From assembly GCA_040285855.1 (NCBI GenBank), contig JAUFOQ010000002.1:2046001-2110000 (forward strand): a stretch of 64,000 nucleotides of DNA, written 5' to 3'. The notes below the pieces were generated by a model. It did no database searches. It saw nothing but the letters and a program-made list of their open reading frames with translations, and was not told the DNA's origin. Position numbers and translations under genes: made by a program. The DNA comes from Eukaryota sp. GEM-RC1. Taxonomy: Eukaryota. The first letter of the stretch is position 1. Every line of letters starts with the position of its first letter. This document shows positions 24,701 to 39,600 of the stretch, piece after piece.

Positions 24701-24874
24701 CCTATTGATGGAAGTGATCAACTAACCATTGAGGTTAAACACGGTGAGAACATGATTGAACTGCTATTAACTCCAGTTACAAGAGGTTTGATTGCTGGTC
24801 CAAGTTTTAAGCTAATTCATCAAGAGTGCTGTTTGTATCCTGAGAATGATTCAGACTTGGTTCAAGTTTTTTAA
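21781..24874 (+). CDS. TRAPPC10: TRAPP II subunit TRAPPC10/Trs130 homolog, split by about 4 frameshifts
   Basis: N-terminal HPFLSILV..C..YDSSTKSALLEWL..EYLIVV..FLESIRNDC and C-terminal LTPVTRGLIAGPSFKL match TRAPPC10 motifs. Joined length ~1030 aa. Confidence 0.7.
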
Positions 24875-25175
24875 TTTAAGAAGTAAAAACAAGAAGAAAA
24901 ATGAAACTAGGTACTGCTAGTTTGTGACAAGTGGATTGAATGAATATGATATCGAGGATTCCTTCCAGTCTTATCTTATACATCTTTTGTTGTTGATTCA
25001 CTTTGATAATCAGTTATATTGGGAGTGACTTTAGTAACTGAATTAAGACTCTCAAATAGAACTACTAGCCCAGATGTATTGTACAAACAAAATTGTTGTA
25101 AGATGATATGGGATCTAAATAATTGACGTAAATGAAATTGAACTATTTTATCCAATATAAATATAAAACGACCTA

Positions 25176-27307
25176 TTACTTCACCAGCTTATACTTTTTC
25201 TTACAGTCACTCCATTCCCATCCTTCAATCAAATCATGTAAGCAATCACCTAATTCTTCAATGTGAACATACACTTGCTCTCCAGAATCACGTTCTCTAA
25301 GCGTAATCTTGTCGGTTTTCAATGATTGTTGATCAATTGTAACAGCATATGGAACACCAATCTCATCAGCTCTAGCATAACGTTTTCCAATTGACTGATT
25401 AGTGTCAATTCGATAGGGGATCTCGTCATGAGATAATACAGAACAAACCTCAGAAGTAAAGTCCTTATAAAGTTGTTGATTCATCAGAGGCAGCACAACC
25501 ACCTTATAAGGAGCAATCTCAGCAGGGAATCGGAGCACTGACCTGTCCAATTCACGATCACTGCCCATCTTTCTAACGTACATTGAATGCTCAAGAACAG
25601 CATAAACAATACGATCAATACCAAATGAAGGCTCAATGACACGGGGTAAAAACTTACGAACAAATTGCTTCTCCTCAACCTGTTTAAACTCAATATCTTC
25701 ACTTGCAACAGTAATAGTAGTCTCTCCGAGTTCAACGACTAATTGTCCATCAGTAGACATTTGATCAGCAAGACCATGGAGCTCCTCCTCAGTCTTGGAT
25801 TCAAAGTATTGTTGTAATAAAACTAAATCTTTCTTGAACTTTTTACCGGCAACCTTTTGTTGAATTCAAACGAAAAGAAGTTCTTAATGATAGGTTTCTC
25901 AAGATCTTTTGTTACAGAAAGATCAGTTTTTGAAGCTTCTGAATGACACTTCAAATCATAACAAGACCTATCAGCAATTCCAACAATCTCAGTCCAACCA
26001 CTAGACAACAGAACCTCAGCATCCCAACAATCCTCAGCATAATGAGCCATTTGAGATTTCAAATGTTGCCTGAAACGAATCTTTTCAGGGTTGATACCTA
26101 GACTTTCCAAAAACAACTGAACTTTTCCAATGAAATAGGCCATGATTTCTGTTTGAACAAATCCAATAGAGAGTGCTTGGTCAACGATCATCTCAATTCC
26201 CTCAGCGTCAGCTCCATGAAGATCCTGAACATCAGTAGGCAACCATAGAACTTGAGTTTCAGCAAAATCTAAATATTCCTGATGCGTGGTATCCTCTGGG
26301 TCAATAAAGTACTCAATCTCAGCCATTGAGAACTCCCGTAGTCTAATTAAACCAGCTCTAGGAGAGATTTCGTTTCTAAAAGCAGTGCCAATCTGAGCAA
26401 CTCCAAAGGGAAGCGACTTGTTGTTGAACTCAAAGAGACGTTGGAAGTTGACAAAGATTCCTTGTGCGGTTTCAGGTCTTAAAAAACCCTTGGATGATCC
26501 TAATGGACCAATGAAGGTACTGAACATGAGATTCAATGGAACTGGATCGGAAAGGAGGTTTCCGTTGGGAGACATGAGTTCGTACTTCTTAATGAGTTCG
26601 GCCATTTGAACAGCGTCGCAAGCATCAGCAGTGGAAATATCCTTGGAGATTGTTTTATGTTCAGCAGCAGGTAATTCTTTGTTCTCTGCCAGTGTTTCCA
26701 AGTGAGCGATCAAGAGTTGATCAGCACGATAACATTCATTGGTTACAGAGTCTCTTACCATCAGATCGGAGAACTTTTGCACGTGACCAGAGGCTTCAAA
26801 GACAGCTTCAGGGGTGAGAGCGGTACAAGCGATTTCAAAGACGTTGGGCTGAGTGTTGACAAAGTATTTAACCCACATGTTGATGACGTTTCTCTTTACA
26901 CCAGCTAAGACAGGGCCATAGTCATAAAGACCAGAAACTCCACCATAGATTTCAAAGGCGGGAGTGAAGAGGAAACGGCGCTTGATGACGTTGTCAAGGA
27001 CGATCTTAAGCTCTTCTTCTGAGAGATCGGGGACAAGTTCTTCAACACTGGGCGAAGGGACAGGTAGAGGGGGTTCAGATGTGGATGATGTTTGTTTGAC
27101 AATGGGTGACGATTTGGACTCTGCTGCTTCAATTGGAGCTGATACTGACACATCAGGAGTCGCTACTTGTCTGCTTGGATCTTTTTTGAGCTCACGAAGC
27201 TCCTGTTTAAGATCTTTGATCTTTCTTTCAAGAACTAAATTATGAGGATCAATGAACAGCTCCGATTCCAGATCCTCGATCTCAGATTTAAGTTGTTTGA
27301 GATTCAT
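25176..27307 (-). CDS. GARS1: Glycyl-tRNA synthetase (eukaryotic alpha2 type), one apparent frameshift at ~25856
   Basis: IYGGVSGLYDYGP, LRPETAQGIF, FRNEISPRAGLIRLREF, AHYAEDCWD, VIEPSFGIDR, SIGKRYARADEIG. Adding one A to AACAAAAGG restores NKKVAGKKFKKD and joins the two ORFs. Confidence 0.97.
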
Positions 27308-27333
27308 AAGGGCAGAGAGAATGTAAAATTTGA

Positions 27334-28155
27334 TTGCTATTTTCTTTCTTTGACATCAACACAATACATAGCTCTACTGTACATTACAATCATTTAGTTT
27401 TTTGGCCTGCAAATTTATTAAACTATTCAACGTGCTCTTGTGGAGCTAATGGTGTTTTTCGTCATTTAATTAATTGTCGTTATTTTATTCATCTCCGTGC
27501 AGTAATTCATGATGGTGTACGTGATTCTTGTTATTCCATGTTTAAAGCACATGGTTTTCACTCTAAAGTTGAACCAGTTTTGAATCATCTTTCAGAAAAT
27601 GAATTTACTGATCAAAAAAGAGGGGATCTACATACTCCGTGGCTTAAGTCGAGTCAATCATTAATGGATTTTACTACAGTAGATGTTTGTAACAAATCTT
27701 GTGTTAGTAGGATATTAGATTCTTCTTTTAATCCATTAACAGCAGCTGAAAAGCTCAAACACTCCAAGTATGACTCTCAAGTAGAAGAATTAAATAGAAA
27801 CTCATATTCCAAATTTGTGTTTCAACCTTTTGCTGTTTCTCTTTTTGGATCTATTAGTCCTGCTGGTGATCAATTTTTCAAGGATTTCGATGAATTGTGT
27901 AAAGAAAAGAAGCGTAAGTTTAGAATGGCTGAATGGAAAAACCGTATAGTGTTTTCCTTATATCGGAACATGCCTTTCTATTTCTCTAGATTAATTGAGA
28001 AATTGTACAAGTTTGGTGTGAAGGTTAATGTTGATAAACGTAATCTTTTACCGCGTGGTGATGAAGTCGTTTGGATTTAATCTTAGTATTATTTGTTTGT
28101 TTTTACAATTTCATAGTTTGTAGGAAGGTTACCTTATTGGGTGCCGAATAAACAT
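27334..28155 (+). mobile_element. 5'-truncated RLE-type (CRE/R2-like) non-LTR retrotransposon
   Basis: CSCG..HLINC zinc knuckle, IHDGVRD, EP..RGD..D..K..KY..PFAVSLFG endonuclease motifs. 3' UTR ends GGGTGCCGAATAAA. Confidence 0.85.
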
Positions 28156-28766
28156 CTCTCTTCTCTCATCATTTAGTTTTGTAAAGTTGTAAGTTACCAG
28201 CTTTACGTTTCACCTAAACTAAACAACTTTACAGGTAATGTAAAGTAAATTATAATGACAAGAATACATTATCTTATTGTCACATACAGTATAAGCCAAT
28301 GGTAAAGTGACCAAGAATCTCTTAGTTTTGCCATATCTAAAACATACTACAACACATTCGATAGACGCTTCACTCCACAATTGTTACTTACTCCAAGTCT
28401 CTTCTAATTCTGGTTCTTCGTTGGTCGTGAGCTGTGCTAACTTTACATTACCACCTTGGGATTTAAAGTAAATTACAGATCGTTACACCTTTACATCACT
28501 ACGTGCAAAGTGTAAGGTACAGCTATGACTCAATGTGACTGAATTCCTGAGTACTGTCGGACTCAGACCAGACTCGCCGCACTTTCCATTGTGCCAGAAT
28601 GGCAAGTAAGATAGATTTAGATTACTAGGGAAGAAATTAAACGTTGTTCCATGAACTTGGACTTCGTCAATCCCCATCTATCACTAAGATTTGTAATGTA
28701 TATTATGATATTCACCACTACAGTGTCAAACCCAATTCCTTACTTTAAGGCACAGTTCCATGATGT

Positions 28767-29150
28767 TTATTCCACGATTTCAAGTACATGATCACTAAAA
28801 CCTAGCTCAAAGCATGGATAATAATTACCACTACTTAATCTGGGCAGAGTTCCAGTAACATTAATTGAAGAATGACCCAGTGAGGTTACTGTTAAAGTGT
28901 AATTCACTAGATTTGCATTGATAAAAAGCAATTCTCCAGGATTCCACTTGGTCCTGGTTCCTGAGAGACAACCAAAATTATTACCATGTGAGCAACTCAC
29001 ATCATATCAAAAATGTGAGCAAAACAAATACCATACTATTTGTGGTACCATTGCACTACTGCAAATTGTATGACGCTTCCGGTAAGCATTTTTGGTTGAG
29101 GTCCAAAATGACCACAATTCATCAAAAGGTATCGTAGTTAGCATCAAAGT
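28767..29150 (-). pseudogene. SPRY/B30.2-like C-terminal fragment
   Basis: WNPGELLFINANLVNYTLTV...LPRLSSGNYYPCFEL resembles the end of a SPRY beta-sandwich. Upstream sequence is disrupted. Confidence 0.4.
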
Positions 29151-29344
29151 TGATGCTCGTGAAAACTTAGGACTGAAGTAGTAGTTCAATACAGTTGGTT
29201 AGTAGAGTATCCTAGTACAATGTAAGACATTCTAGATCAATCCTAACAAGGTAAGAACCGTAAACTTCATGCAAACATAGCAATTTGGCACGATAAGCCG
29301 TCATATAACAATGATAGTCATATAGGAATGATACTTCATTGATA

Positions 29345-29545
29345 TCAACTTCGAAGGTAGAAAGAACAACCATCACGGCTGCATGAGCGAACAATCCATC
29401 GACTAGTAGTTTTCAGAGGAGCACCAACTTCTAGACAGTAGCTACGTATTCTTTCTAACAGTTCTTCTCGATTGTTGAACATGTGATTGGCTGTTAGGTT
29501 AATCTTTTTTAGTTTAGGATCAATGTTTTCAGGTAAAGAACTCAT
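29345..29545 (-). pseudogene. MuDR/FAR1-like transposase N-terminal remnant
   Basis: FNNREELLERIRSYCLEVG...CSRDGCSFYL matches the MuDR N-terminal domain pattern. Confidence 0.5.
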
Positions 29546-30687
29546 AATTAGGGAAGTAGTTGTGAGAGTGACCCTATAGAGTAAGAAGTATTTGTAAGGA
29601 CCCTATTGTGTAAACCAAGGACAGAAATCTGGCCCGATTCTGTAATTATTTCAAGACGATTTGAAATCGTCATGCATTTGCCGTACATGCTCAACTTCCT
29701 CCACCTTGACTAAAAACTCCACACATGGGTGAATTCATCAGCCATGTTGATGAGATGACTTACATACTTTCAAAATCTTTTATAGATATTACAATCAGGA
29801 GGGTGCGTCCTAGTACCCCTTTACTCATCATAATGCTGTCATCTAGTGCTATAGTCGTCTAGAATTCTGTCACTGAAGAGGAGTCTTTTTCTGATATGTA
29901 TATCCATGCCTTAGTTGCGATGTCCTTCTGCCGTACTCATAATAGATGCTACGGCTGTAAAAGACATAAACTGTTTTCAATCTTACATCCGTCTCATGAC
30001 AAGACTCATACATGAGGCCGACATCATTACTCGTACTGTTGGTGTATGTACTGCTTTTTGTGGTTCAACACAGGGAAGCTTAATAACAACGCAATCAAGC
30101 TTAACGGTTCTAGTTGTTAGAAGTTACCACAAATCATCCACTGCCCTAGCATTTACTTATTCCTCCTGTTGTTGGAGAAGTATCAGTTTCAAAGCTTCAA
30201 TACAAAGTACACTTTATTGATGTCGAAACACTGATACGATATAAGGGTGATATTCTGGTGTATGTCAAGAAAATAGCACTAACAAACTCTTAATAGAAAT
30301 GTTATATAAGAAGACCTCGCACTACTTGTGCCATAATCGAAGAATAAGATGCTAAACGGGAGAAGTCAATGGAATGATGAAAAGACATAGACTCAATGAG
30401 ATTGACATAATCAGGGACTGTGATACTTTAGGGATTGATGAAGACATCATACAAGAATGCTTTCATGTGCCAAAGATCTCTCTATGGCAATATCTTCCAC
30501 AAGGACAGAAACAGTTCCACCCAGTTTGAAGAAATAGTATAAATTTGGTGTTGCGACCAGAAGTTGGCACAAATCTCGCATTGATTCAAAGATTTGACAC
30601 CCAAAACAGGAATGATTGACTCAATGACACGTGGCATTCTTCCTCATTCATCGACTTTTACAATTTTGTCACTTCAATACGTAATAA

Positions 30688-33600
30688 ATGATCGAAATCC
30701 TTCTGTTATGCTGTTGTGTTCTGGCTTCGGTCTATGAATGGACTGCAACTAATGGACATTGGTCAGATATACACAACTGGAATCGAACAAGCGTTTCTCC
30801 TGTTCATGCATCTGTCGTATTCCCCCCGTCAAATGATGCGACCACGATTACAATCACCTCCAACATCGATATATCATCACTTATTCTTAACCAGAATGTC
30901 GTTCTTCTCTTTCAAAACAATTCCACGCTCTCGATCTCTGACAACTTTCTCATCAAAGGAGGTACTTTATCTTCCGATATCTGTTCTCCCCTCTCCGGTA
31001 CTTCTGTTGAATCTCTGGTTTTGGACCCCACTCTTGCCATGTTCAATTCACACTTGCTTACTGTTAACAGAAGTTTTGTCTGGAAAAGCGGTTCACTGAA
31101 TCTCAATGGCTTCAGTTCGCTGGTTTTGATCAATTCCACTACATCTTCTGACATTCGGACTGAACCTTTCCTAAACTCTGATTTGATGCACGCTTGGGGA
31201 TGGAATTCTAATGATAAATTCGGTGGGGAAAAACCAGGATGGCAAGAAGTACCAGCCCCACTAATTCTTCCGATATCTGTTAGTGATGCTTCACTTGGAA
31301 GAAGACATTCCCTTGTATTGTCAACAAATGGCCACGTTTACACTGCTGGCTGTAACAAATATGGACAACTAGGATATGTTGGTGGAGATCGCAGTGAACA
31401 TCAGCACGTTAAAATTTCCAACATTATTCAGGTTCTCAGCTCGGTACACTCAAGTTATGCTCTCAGCATTTCTGGCTCGGTTTTCTCATGGGGTCGTAAC
31501 AATGCTGGACAATTAGGTTTAAGAGATTTCACTGACAGAGATACACCTTCCTTAGTCCCAAATCTGAAAAACATTAAACAGATTGCTGGTCGGTATCAAA
31601 CTGTTTTTGCTTTAACTCAAAATGGACAAGTATTTGGTTGGGGGAGTGGTGCTAACAACATCCTGTGTAGTGAGAGTTTAAGCCATGTTCCTTCACCAAT
31701 ATTGATAAGTTCTCTAGCAAACATCAAATTTATATCTGCTGGATTTGCAGCCTATTTTATCAAAGATGATGGTTCGACTCTGACTTGTGGAAGAAAATTG
31801 GGTAATCCTGAGTCTTCATTCTCATCCCCCACTCAATTTGCTGCAGGCAAAGAGTTTGCCTTTATAGACATTACGTTTTCCCATGCTCTTGGAATTGATG
31901 TCAATGGAACTCTGTGGAGTTGGGGTTGGAACGGTTTAGGTCAACTAGGAAATGGTGACACTACTGATTCTACTGTTCCAGTTACTGTTGAGGTGATTGG
32001 GAAGGTTATCACTGCTGCTGCTGGGGTAGCTCACTCAATTGCTATTGATGTTAACAATGAAGTGTGGACATGGGGCGATCAGTTTTATGGTGCTGCTTTA
32101 GGAAGAAACATTTCCTTTCAAACTAAAGCTGAAAGATACACTCCTGATCGTATACCGAATTTGGATAGCAAAAGTTCAGAAACGTAACTGCACATTTCCA
32201 GTCCGCTTTTACATTTGTTGCAGCTCCGTTTGAATCAATCACGTCACCATTAAATAAGGGTGTTGTAATCATGAAAGAAAACAATTTGGTTACTAGCGAG
32301 TCGAATGGGAATTCTCTTCAACACTTGAGACTGCTCTCTCTTCCAGTCTATCTTTCTGGATCATTGAATGTTTCTGATGACTCCTTTTCCTTTTTGACTG
32401 AAACGTATTTAGATGGTGTCATGTCAGTTAGTTCTCCAGTTGAAACTTACTTTCAGTCACTATTTTTGGGAGCTTCTGAGTGCTCAACTCTTGTTCTGGA
32501 TTCTGATATTTTCGTTGAGGCATTGTTTTGGTACTGTGGAGTAATTGAAGGTGTGGGAGAATTGAAAGTAGGCACATTAGTATTTTGTGCTAGTAATCCT
32601 GAATTAAGATTAAGTAGGATAACTATTGAGAAGAATTTGTCCTCGATATTCGAGGTTGAATTAAATTTAACATCAGATTTGGATCTCACCATTGATGGAA
32701 TAATTGAAGTCGCCCAATTATCACTGTACTCAGAATTGAATATCACTTTAACTGTTAGAGGAGATTGTCAGCTGATTGACACCATAATGGTCGTTCATGA
32801 ACATGTAGAGTCCAGCTTGATAGCCAATATGCGTCTTGATCACAACTCCGAAATTAAATTTGTTTCTACGTCAACTGATCTTAATTATATTCACCCGTTA
32901 TTCCTTTTCTACGATTGGTCCCAAAGTTCGTCTCTTAATGATTTATCAGGTAATGGGAATGATGTTTTAAAAGATTCAGTTGCTGAATGGGACCCTGCTG
33001 GCTTCTACCATTTTGAAAACGCGTCCAATATTTTAAACATCCCAGTTCATCCAGCAAATTTTGAGTGGAGATCTACTACTATCTCATTTCTTATTTGGTT
33101 TGATTCTTCTCCAATTAATCGATTTGGTATCGATTCAATTGGCTGTCGCATTGTATTCGGTGACGTGTTCGCTTATGGAGCACAAGAATTCTCGACATTC
33201 AATCTTCCACGAAATCAATGGATAAATGTAGTGATGACTACTACTAGTGGTCAAGCTAAATTTTATATCGGAGGAGAACTGATTGTCAAAATGTATTTGG
33301 ATCGCAACTGCAAATATCCATTCAACTTTTTCCCTTTGGGAGGTCTCTATTCATTTTCGTCATTAACACAGCAATGGGATGTATCTGCATTTACTAGTTT
33401 CAGAGGTAAAATTAGAAAACTCTTTATTCTGAACCGCGCTCTTTCTGAATCTGAAATTTCCTCAGATTTTACATTACCACCTTCAATCAGGGGCGATGGA
33501 ACTATTAAGCTGAAAAACTCTGCCTTTTTATTGTTGAATTACTCTTCTATTAGTATCTCAAACTTTATTCTGGATTCAGCAGTGCTGTACTTATATAATA

Positions 33601-36600
33601 ACATATATCTGTATGATCAGGGTATTTATGCCTTCAATGAATCAAAGATTATTATTAGCAATTCGTCGGACCATATTTATTTCGAAAAATCTCACATTTT
33701 CCTAGACAACTCAAACTTTGTTCACTCTGCAGTTGAATTACACTTGCACAGTCTTTCTCTCACCAACACTGTATTTGTGGTTCCGTCTGTTACTGAGCGA
33801 CTGACGATACACGCTCTGTTTGTTTACTCCAACTCTACCTTTGATAGCCCAATCATTTGCAGTTTAAGTCAACTTCACTGGATCGACGGAAAGCTAACAT
33901 TTCTGGATGTACTGGACTTTAAAGGTCTATTCTTATACGGAGATTCAAAAACATGGCCTTTAGATTCTTTGACAATAGACTCGATCTTGCATTTTAATAA
34001 TACTTTGTCATTATCGATTTCACAACTCAGTTTAATTACCGTTTTTGCTACTTGTACTCCTGGTTCAGAAATGAGTATCCAATCACCACCTCAAAATGAC
34101 AGTTTACTGGAAATCGTCCATCAACTTCATCTGTCCTCCAATTGCTGGTTAACTTGTCATCTGCCGGTTAAGAGTACCGGTACAGTTAGTGTGGCTAACA
34201 ACTCTGTACTGGGTTTACTAGAAGAAGTTGTTTCTTTTCATTCATTCTTCATTTCCTTTAATGGAGAACTAATTCTAGGAAAAAGTTATCTAGCTGTGCA
34301 AAATGCATTTTCTTTCCTTCACTCAAATGCAAATGCATTTCTGTATTCGAATTGGATACCAAACACGGGATTTTCTGATCTATTTGATAACTCTGATTCC
34401 AGTGCAATTAAAGTTGCAGGTCCTGAATGGAAAATGGACAGTTCAGGAGGTTACCTGGAAGTGAAGTTCGGAGATACCCTAGATATCCCAAATCCACTGG
34501 GAGAAGAAGGCTGGACATCAGCTTCAATAGCTCTTTGGGTTTGGCTTGAACATGGTGGTTTTGGTTTTGACAGTGATTCAGATTCTTGCAGGTTCTACAT
34601 CCTTACAGACCGTGTAATTTGGGGAGATACTTTCCATGTTGTTGATTTCCCTCTTGCTCAATGGTTTTACCTGGTTATGACTTTTAATCAAACAACAGCA
34701 CATATTTATCTTGATGATGTTCTTGTGACTTCCTTTACTCCCGATATCCCTTACTTCTGTTCATCTGAATATCCCTCTGTCTTTCTCTTTCGGAAGTTGC
34801 TGGATCTAATCACCACTTCCAAGGAAAGATACGTTTAGTTCAGGTTTTCTCCAAAGCCTTAAGTCTTCCTGAGATTTTTGACTTAGATTGGAATCCTCCT
34901 CTTGGTATCTTTGGACAAGGGAAACTTTCGCTTGTTGATTCAGACTTAGAGTTGTTGTCGTCTAGTTTTGACTTGAGAACGATTATTCTATCATCGTCTA
35001 TTCTACAGTTAATTGATGTTACTTTTAATCACTTGGACGCACTTAATCTTTATAGAGATTCGATAATGATGTTTAGTCACAACTCGACAGTTCTTTCAAA
35101 GAAGATATTCATCAACTTGAATTCAAGTGAACTCTACTTTGATGACACAATTGATCTATCTTCAACAAAACTCAGTTTATTTGCAATCAACAGTCGTTTT
35201 CAGAATGATTTAGCAGTTTCTGGTATTGACGTTTTAGACTTATCGCTTTCTACATTTGAGTCTGATTTTGATACTGAAGTTCATGTTAATTCTTTTGAGT
35301 GCTCTCACTGCGAACTACTTGGAAATACTCTGTTTGAAATCTTTTTAGTGTCGGAAATTAATTCTGGAAATTTTTCGTCGTCCATAGTTGTCAAAGAAAC
35401 CGTCATAAATTCGACAGTGTCTGGGTTGGTTCAATTGTCTAATACATTTGATTTCTTCAGTCATGTGATTTTTGCAGATGTGATATTCTCAGATTTCCAG
35501 TTCTTCAATGGCAGTGGGATCTGCACTCATTCTGATGTTGTACTGAATAATAACGTGACTTTCTCTGTTATTCCATTTCGTCCTAATTCAGATGTATTTT
35601 TGTCTGAAACTTATGTGATATTAAACCATGTGTTTGAATTGTCCGATTTTCAAATGTTAATTGGCAATGGAGTCGTTTTTGACAACACTTCACATTCAGG
35701 GCAACTCATTCCTTTACCATTAATTGGTTTTAACGACAACCTTGTATTATCGTCATCTTCAAATATTTCTCTTAAAATTTTCAACGACAATTCTTCCACC
35801 AGTGTTTCCATTGGTTCCACTGCTTACTTAAGTGGAACGATGGAAGTGGAATTCTGAGCTTATCACATCTCGAGATCAAAAACGCTACTTATTTATTGAA
35901 TCATCACAGCTTTGTGGACAATTCACATCTGTATTATCCACATGTTCATCAATTCTGCAAGTGCTTTATTCGTCAACGTCAGTACATGGAATCTTGAACG
36001 ACTATATCCCTGATTTAAATCAAGTAGCGTATGTTTCCACTACTGGTATTGATGACGTATGTTGTGGAACATCTGACAGTCCGTGTGCTACTTTAAGTGG
36101 AGTTTTGGAAAGAATGGGAAGAAAAGGGAAGGTTTATTTCCATGAAGGAAACTATTCCTTAGATGATGGATTGGGAAAATTTAATCGTATTGATTGGCAA
36201 CTGGTAGGTCTTGGTGATGTGATTCTTGACACAATTAGCACCCTCTTTGAAATAGTGCATTCCAATGTTTCTATTTCAAATGTTACCATTGTCTGTAACT
36301 CACTCACTTGTATTTCTCTTTCTGACTCTACCTTCCAATTTCGTGATTCTATGATCTTTCACAAAGGTAGTGCTTCTACCATTGATGTTAGGTCTTCTAT
36401 CCTCTTTATTTCAAGTGTTTGTCTAGATTCCAACTCGTCTAGTGCTATAATGTCCAGTAATTCTGACCTGTTTTTACTGAATGTTTCTATTTCAGGATTC
36501 TTCCAGGATTCTTGTCTAATTTTAGAAACAACTCAAGCTGACATTGCATATGGCAACTTTTCAAATATTCAATCTGATACACTATTTCGCTTAACACGGT

Positions 36601-39600
36601 CTGACGTATGGTTAATTGATTCTTACTGTTCACACTCTAACTTATTTGCTCTTTTCCATCTAATGGATAACAGCAACATCAATCCACAAGAGTTGGAGTT
36701 TGAGTCTATACGTACTGACATTGTGTTTGTTCTAAAGTCTATCACATTGGATCTTCAGGATTATTCAGTGCCTTCGCATATTAAGTTTGACCGACTCCTT
36801 TCAGCTGAAAGTTCTGACATTTTGTTAAATAGGTTCTCTCTGGTTGATCTGTATTCCTTAAAATCTGTCTTTTTTGTTTCCGAGTCAAAAGTCTTCCTGC
36901 AAAACAATATTATCCAATCAGTCATTTGCAAGTCTCTAATTGAATCTGTAAATAGTCAAATTGAGCTAGGTACGATGCTTGTTTCCAATGTATCTTGTAA
37001 CACGTGTTTTGAGCTTACTGGTGGTGAAATAATTGTAAAATTTCTGGATATAATTCAGTCATCTGGAACTGTTTTTGGACTGTTTGATGTTGAAATTTTG
37101 TCTCTTGATATGTTGACTATCTACGATTGTCATATGCTGACCTGTATTATGACTCAAACAACTACGCTCGATGTCTCTAATGTTACAGTTGTTAACACCA
37201 GCTTTGACCGTTTCTTTTCTCTAAAAGAGTCATTTGGTGTGTGTAAGAATCTGACGTTCAGCAATTCAACCTTCAACGATGTGTTCTCTTTGAGTGATAC
37301 TGATGTTTCCTTCATTCATTTTTGGTTTTTGCACACTTACGTTTCACGAGTCTTCAATGTTCTTACCTCAGACGTTTTAGTCAATCACTTTACGTTGGAT
37401 GACGTGATGATTTCTATGTCGTTTTTCTCGTCAACTGATACTATTCTCAAGATTGAAAATTTGTCTTGTTTTAATATTAGTCTTGACAATTCCTCTGGAC
37501 TTTTTCATCTTACTGAAGGATCTCTTTTGTAAGAAATTTCAATATTTCTCATTCTACTGGATCCTTGTTTCTTTTAAATGACGTACAAACTTCAGAATTA
37601 GAACAGTTACATGTGAATCATTTGCGTTCTACAAAAGTTTTTCAGTTCTTTAAATCCAACGTTCTTTTGTCAGATGTTTCACTATTACTCTCATTCGCAG
37701 GTTTTGTCTTTGGAAACAGAAGAATCGAACTTGGTTATTGATGGTTTAACGTCTAATACAGTGTCATGTTTATCAGTGTTTACTGGAACATCATCAATTT
37801 TACATTTGAATAATTTGAATATTTTGAAGTTGTGTGCGGATCTTGTTCTAGATTTGGCTTACGTATCACTCGAAGTGGATTCTTTTTCAATTTCGGAATC
37901 TGTATTGAGTACCGGATTTTTGTTTGCTAGATATTCACACTCTAACTTGCAGTCAGTGGAACTTCACCAAATTTGGGAAAACGTCACCTATCCAGAAGTG
38001 TCCAGTGGCAGTGTTGTTTTTGACTGTTATGAAGGATCATTTGATTTGTATAATTCTGTTTTGGATCACATCATCTACAAGAATGTGTTTTTATTCCAGT
38101 CTACAGATGTTACATTTGGAAACAGTTAAAATTTTGAATTTCTTTGGGTGTGTTATTTTGAATGTGTTCGACTCCCGTTTTGATATAAGCTCACTTGCAT
38201 TAACTCATTGCAATGCTGACTTACTAATCACGTGCTCAGATTGTAACGGTTCTGTGAATAACTTTATGGTCGACAACTCTACGTTCACTTCACTTTTGCA
38301 TTCAGACCGTGGATCGTGGGATTTCAATCATATTGTATTTTCTACAGTAAGTGCTAGTCACCTATTTGACTTCTATCACAGTAACGCTGTAATTCAGCGT
38401 CTTCAAGAAAACAATTTACAGTTCTCAAATTACTTTATGTATTCAGAGTTTAGTACAATAGCTTTAAGTTCAATCGCTCTTGTTGGCATACGTGATGTTT
38501 TCAATCCATTGTTTTTTTTTGAACCACTCAGAATTCAGAGCTACTAATGTCAGTTTCTCGGATGTCAATTGTTCAATTTTCTCTTTCCACAACTCATCGG
38601 CATACATGAATCAGTTTTCTTTGTCAAATTCAACTATAACTACTGTACTCTATATTTCTCGTTCCAATGTAGTTGTTTCCGATAGTCTGGTTTATTTTCT
38701 TAAATTGGAACAGTTTTCTATAGTAGAGAGCAATTCTAACGTTACTTTCAAAGAAACAGATTTTTCTTCACTTTCCGCTGCTACTTTTTGTGTGCTTCGT
38801 GAATCGTCTTATACAATGGAATTTGTTTATTTTACAAACATCAGAATTAACTCTGTTTTGTCTTTAAATTACTCTTCAGCCAATTTGTTGAATAGTTCTT
38901 TTGTTGTAGTTGAGTCATCCGAATCAATAATTGTTGCACATGATTCAAAAATTGTTATCCAATTGGTTGATGTCTCAGATGTTGTGTTCGCGAACTTTGT
39001 CAGTTTGGTTAGCTCAACTCTTGTTCTTGAAGATACTGTGCTGAGCTCTAATATTACTTCTCTTCAATCATTTTTGATCGGTTCTTATGATGTAGTGCAA
39101 TTTAAAGATCTCGGTGTTCACTCACTATTCACTCCATCTAATCATCCGTTGTTAAAATTAAATAATTCTAAATTTTATGGTGATCGACTTTCCTTTGAAC
39201 TACTGACTTGCTGCCTTTTTGAGTTCACAACTACTCAAATTCAAATGTTAAATACCTCATTTAGCTCTATTAATTCTTCGACTTTAGGTCATGTGTTGGA
39301 TTCTTCTTTGGTCTTAACTTCATCTGATTTTTTCAATTTGCTAGTAAATGACCACGGTACACTGATTTCATTTGTGAATAGTTATTTTTCGTTCAACAAT
39401 GTTTCATTAGCTTCGATCAAAGCGTCTTCCATTTTTACAGTAGAGGACTCTGAAGCCAAATTTAATATTTCCAGCTTTTCTGAAATTGTGTCAATTTATG
39501 CCTTTCAGTTTTCATCTTCGAGTTCTTGTTCTATGGAGAACACCGTTATCTCCGATGGTCTCAATGATGTTACTTTCCTTTTCAAAACTCGACCCTCAAT

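Noticed and set aside
25850..25862. Euplotes-type or canonical slippery-site programmed frameshift
   Set aside because: There is no AAA-stop or X XXY YYZ consensus shared across junctions. Mixed +1/-1 shifts at homopolymers fit sequencing error better (kept as a testable finding).
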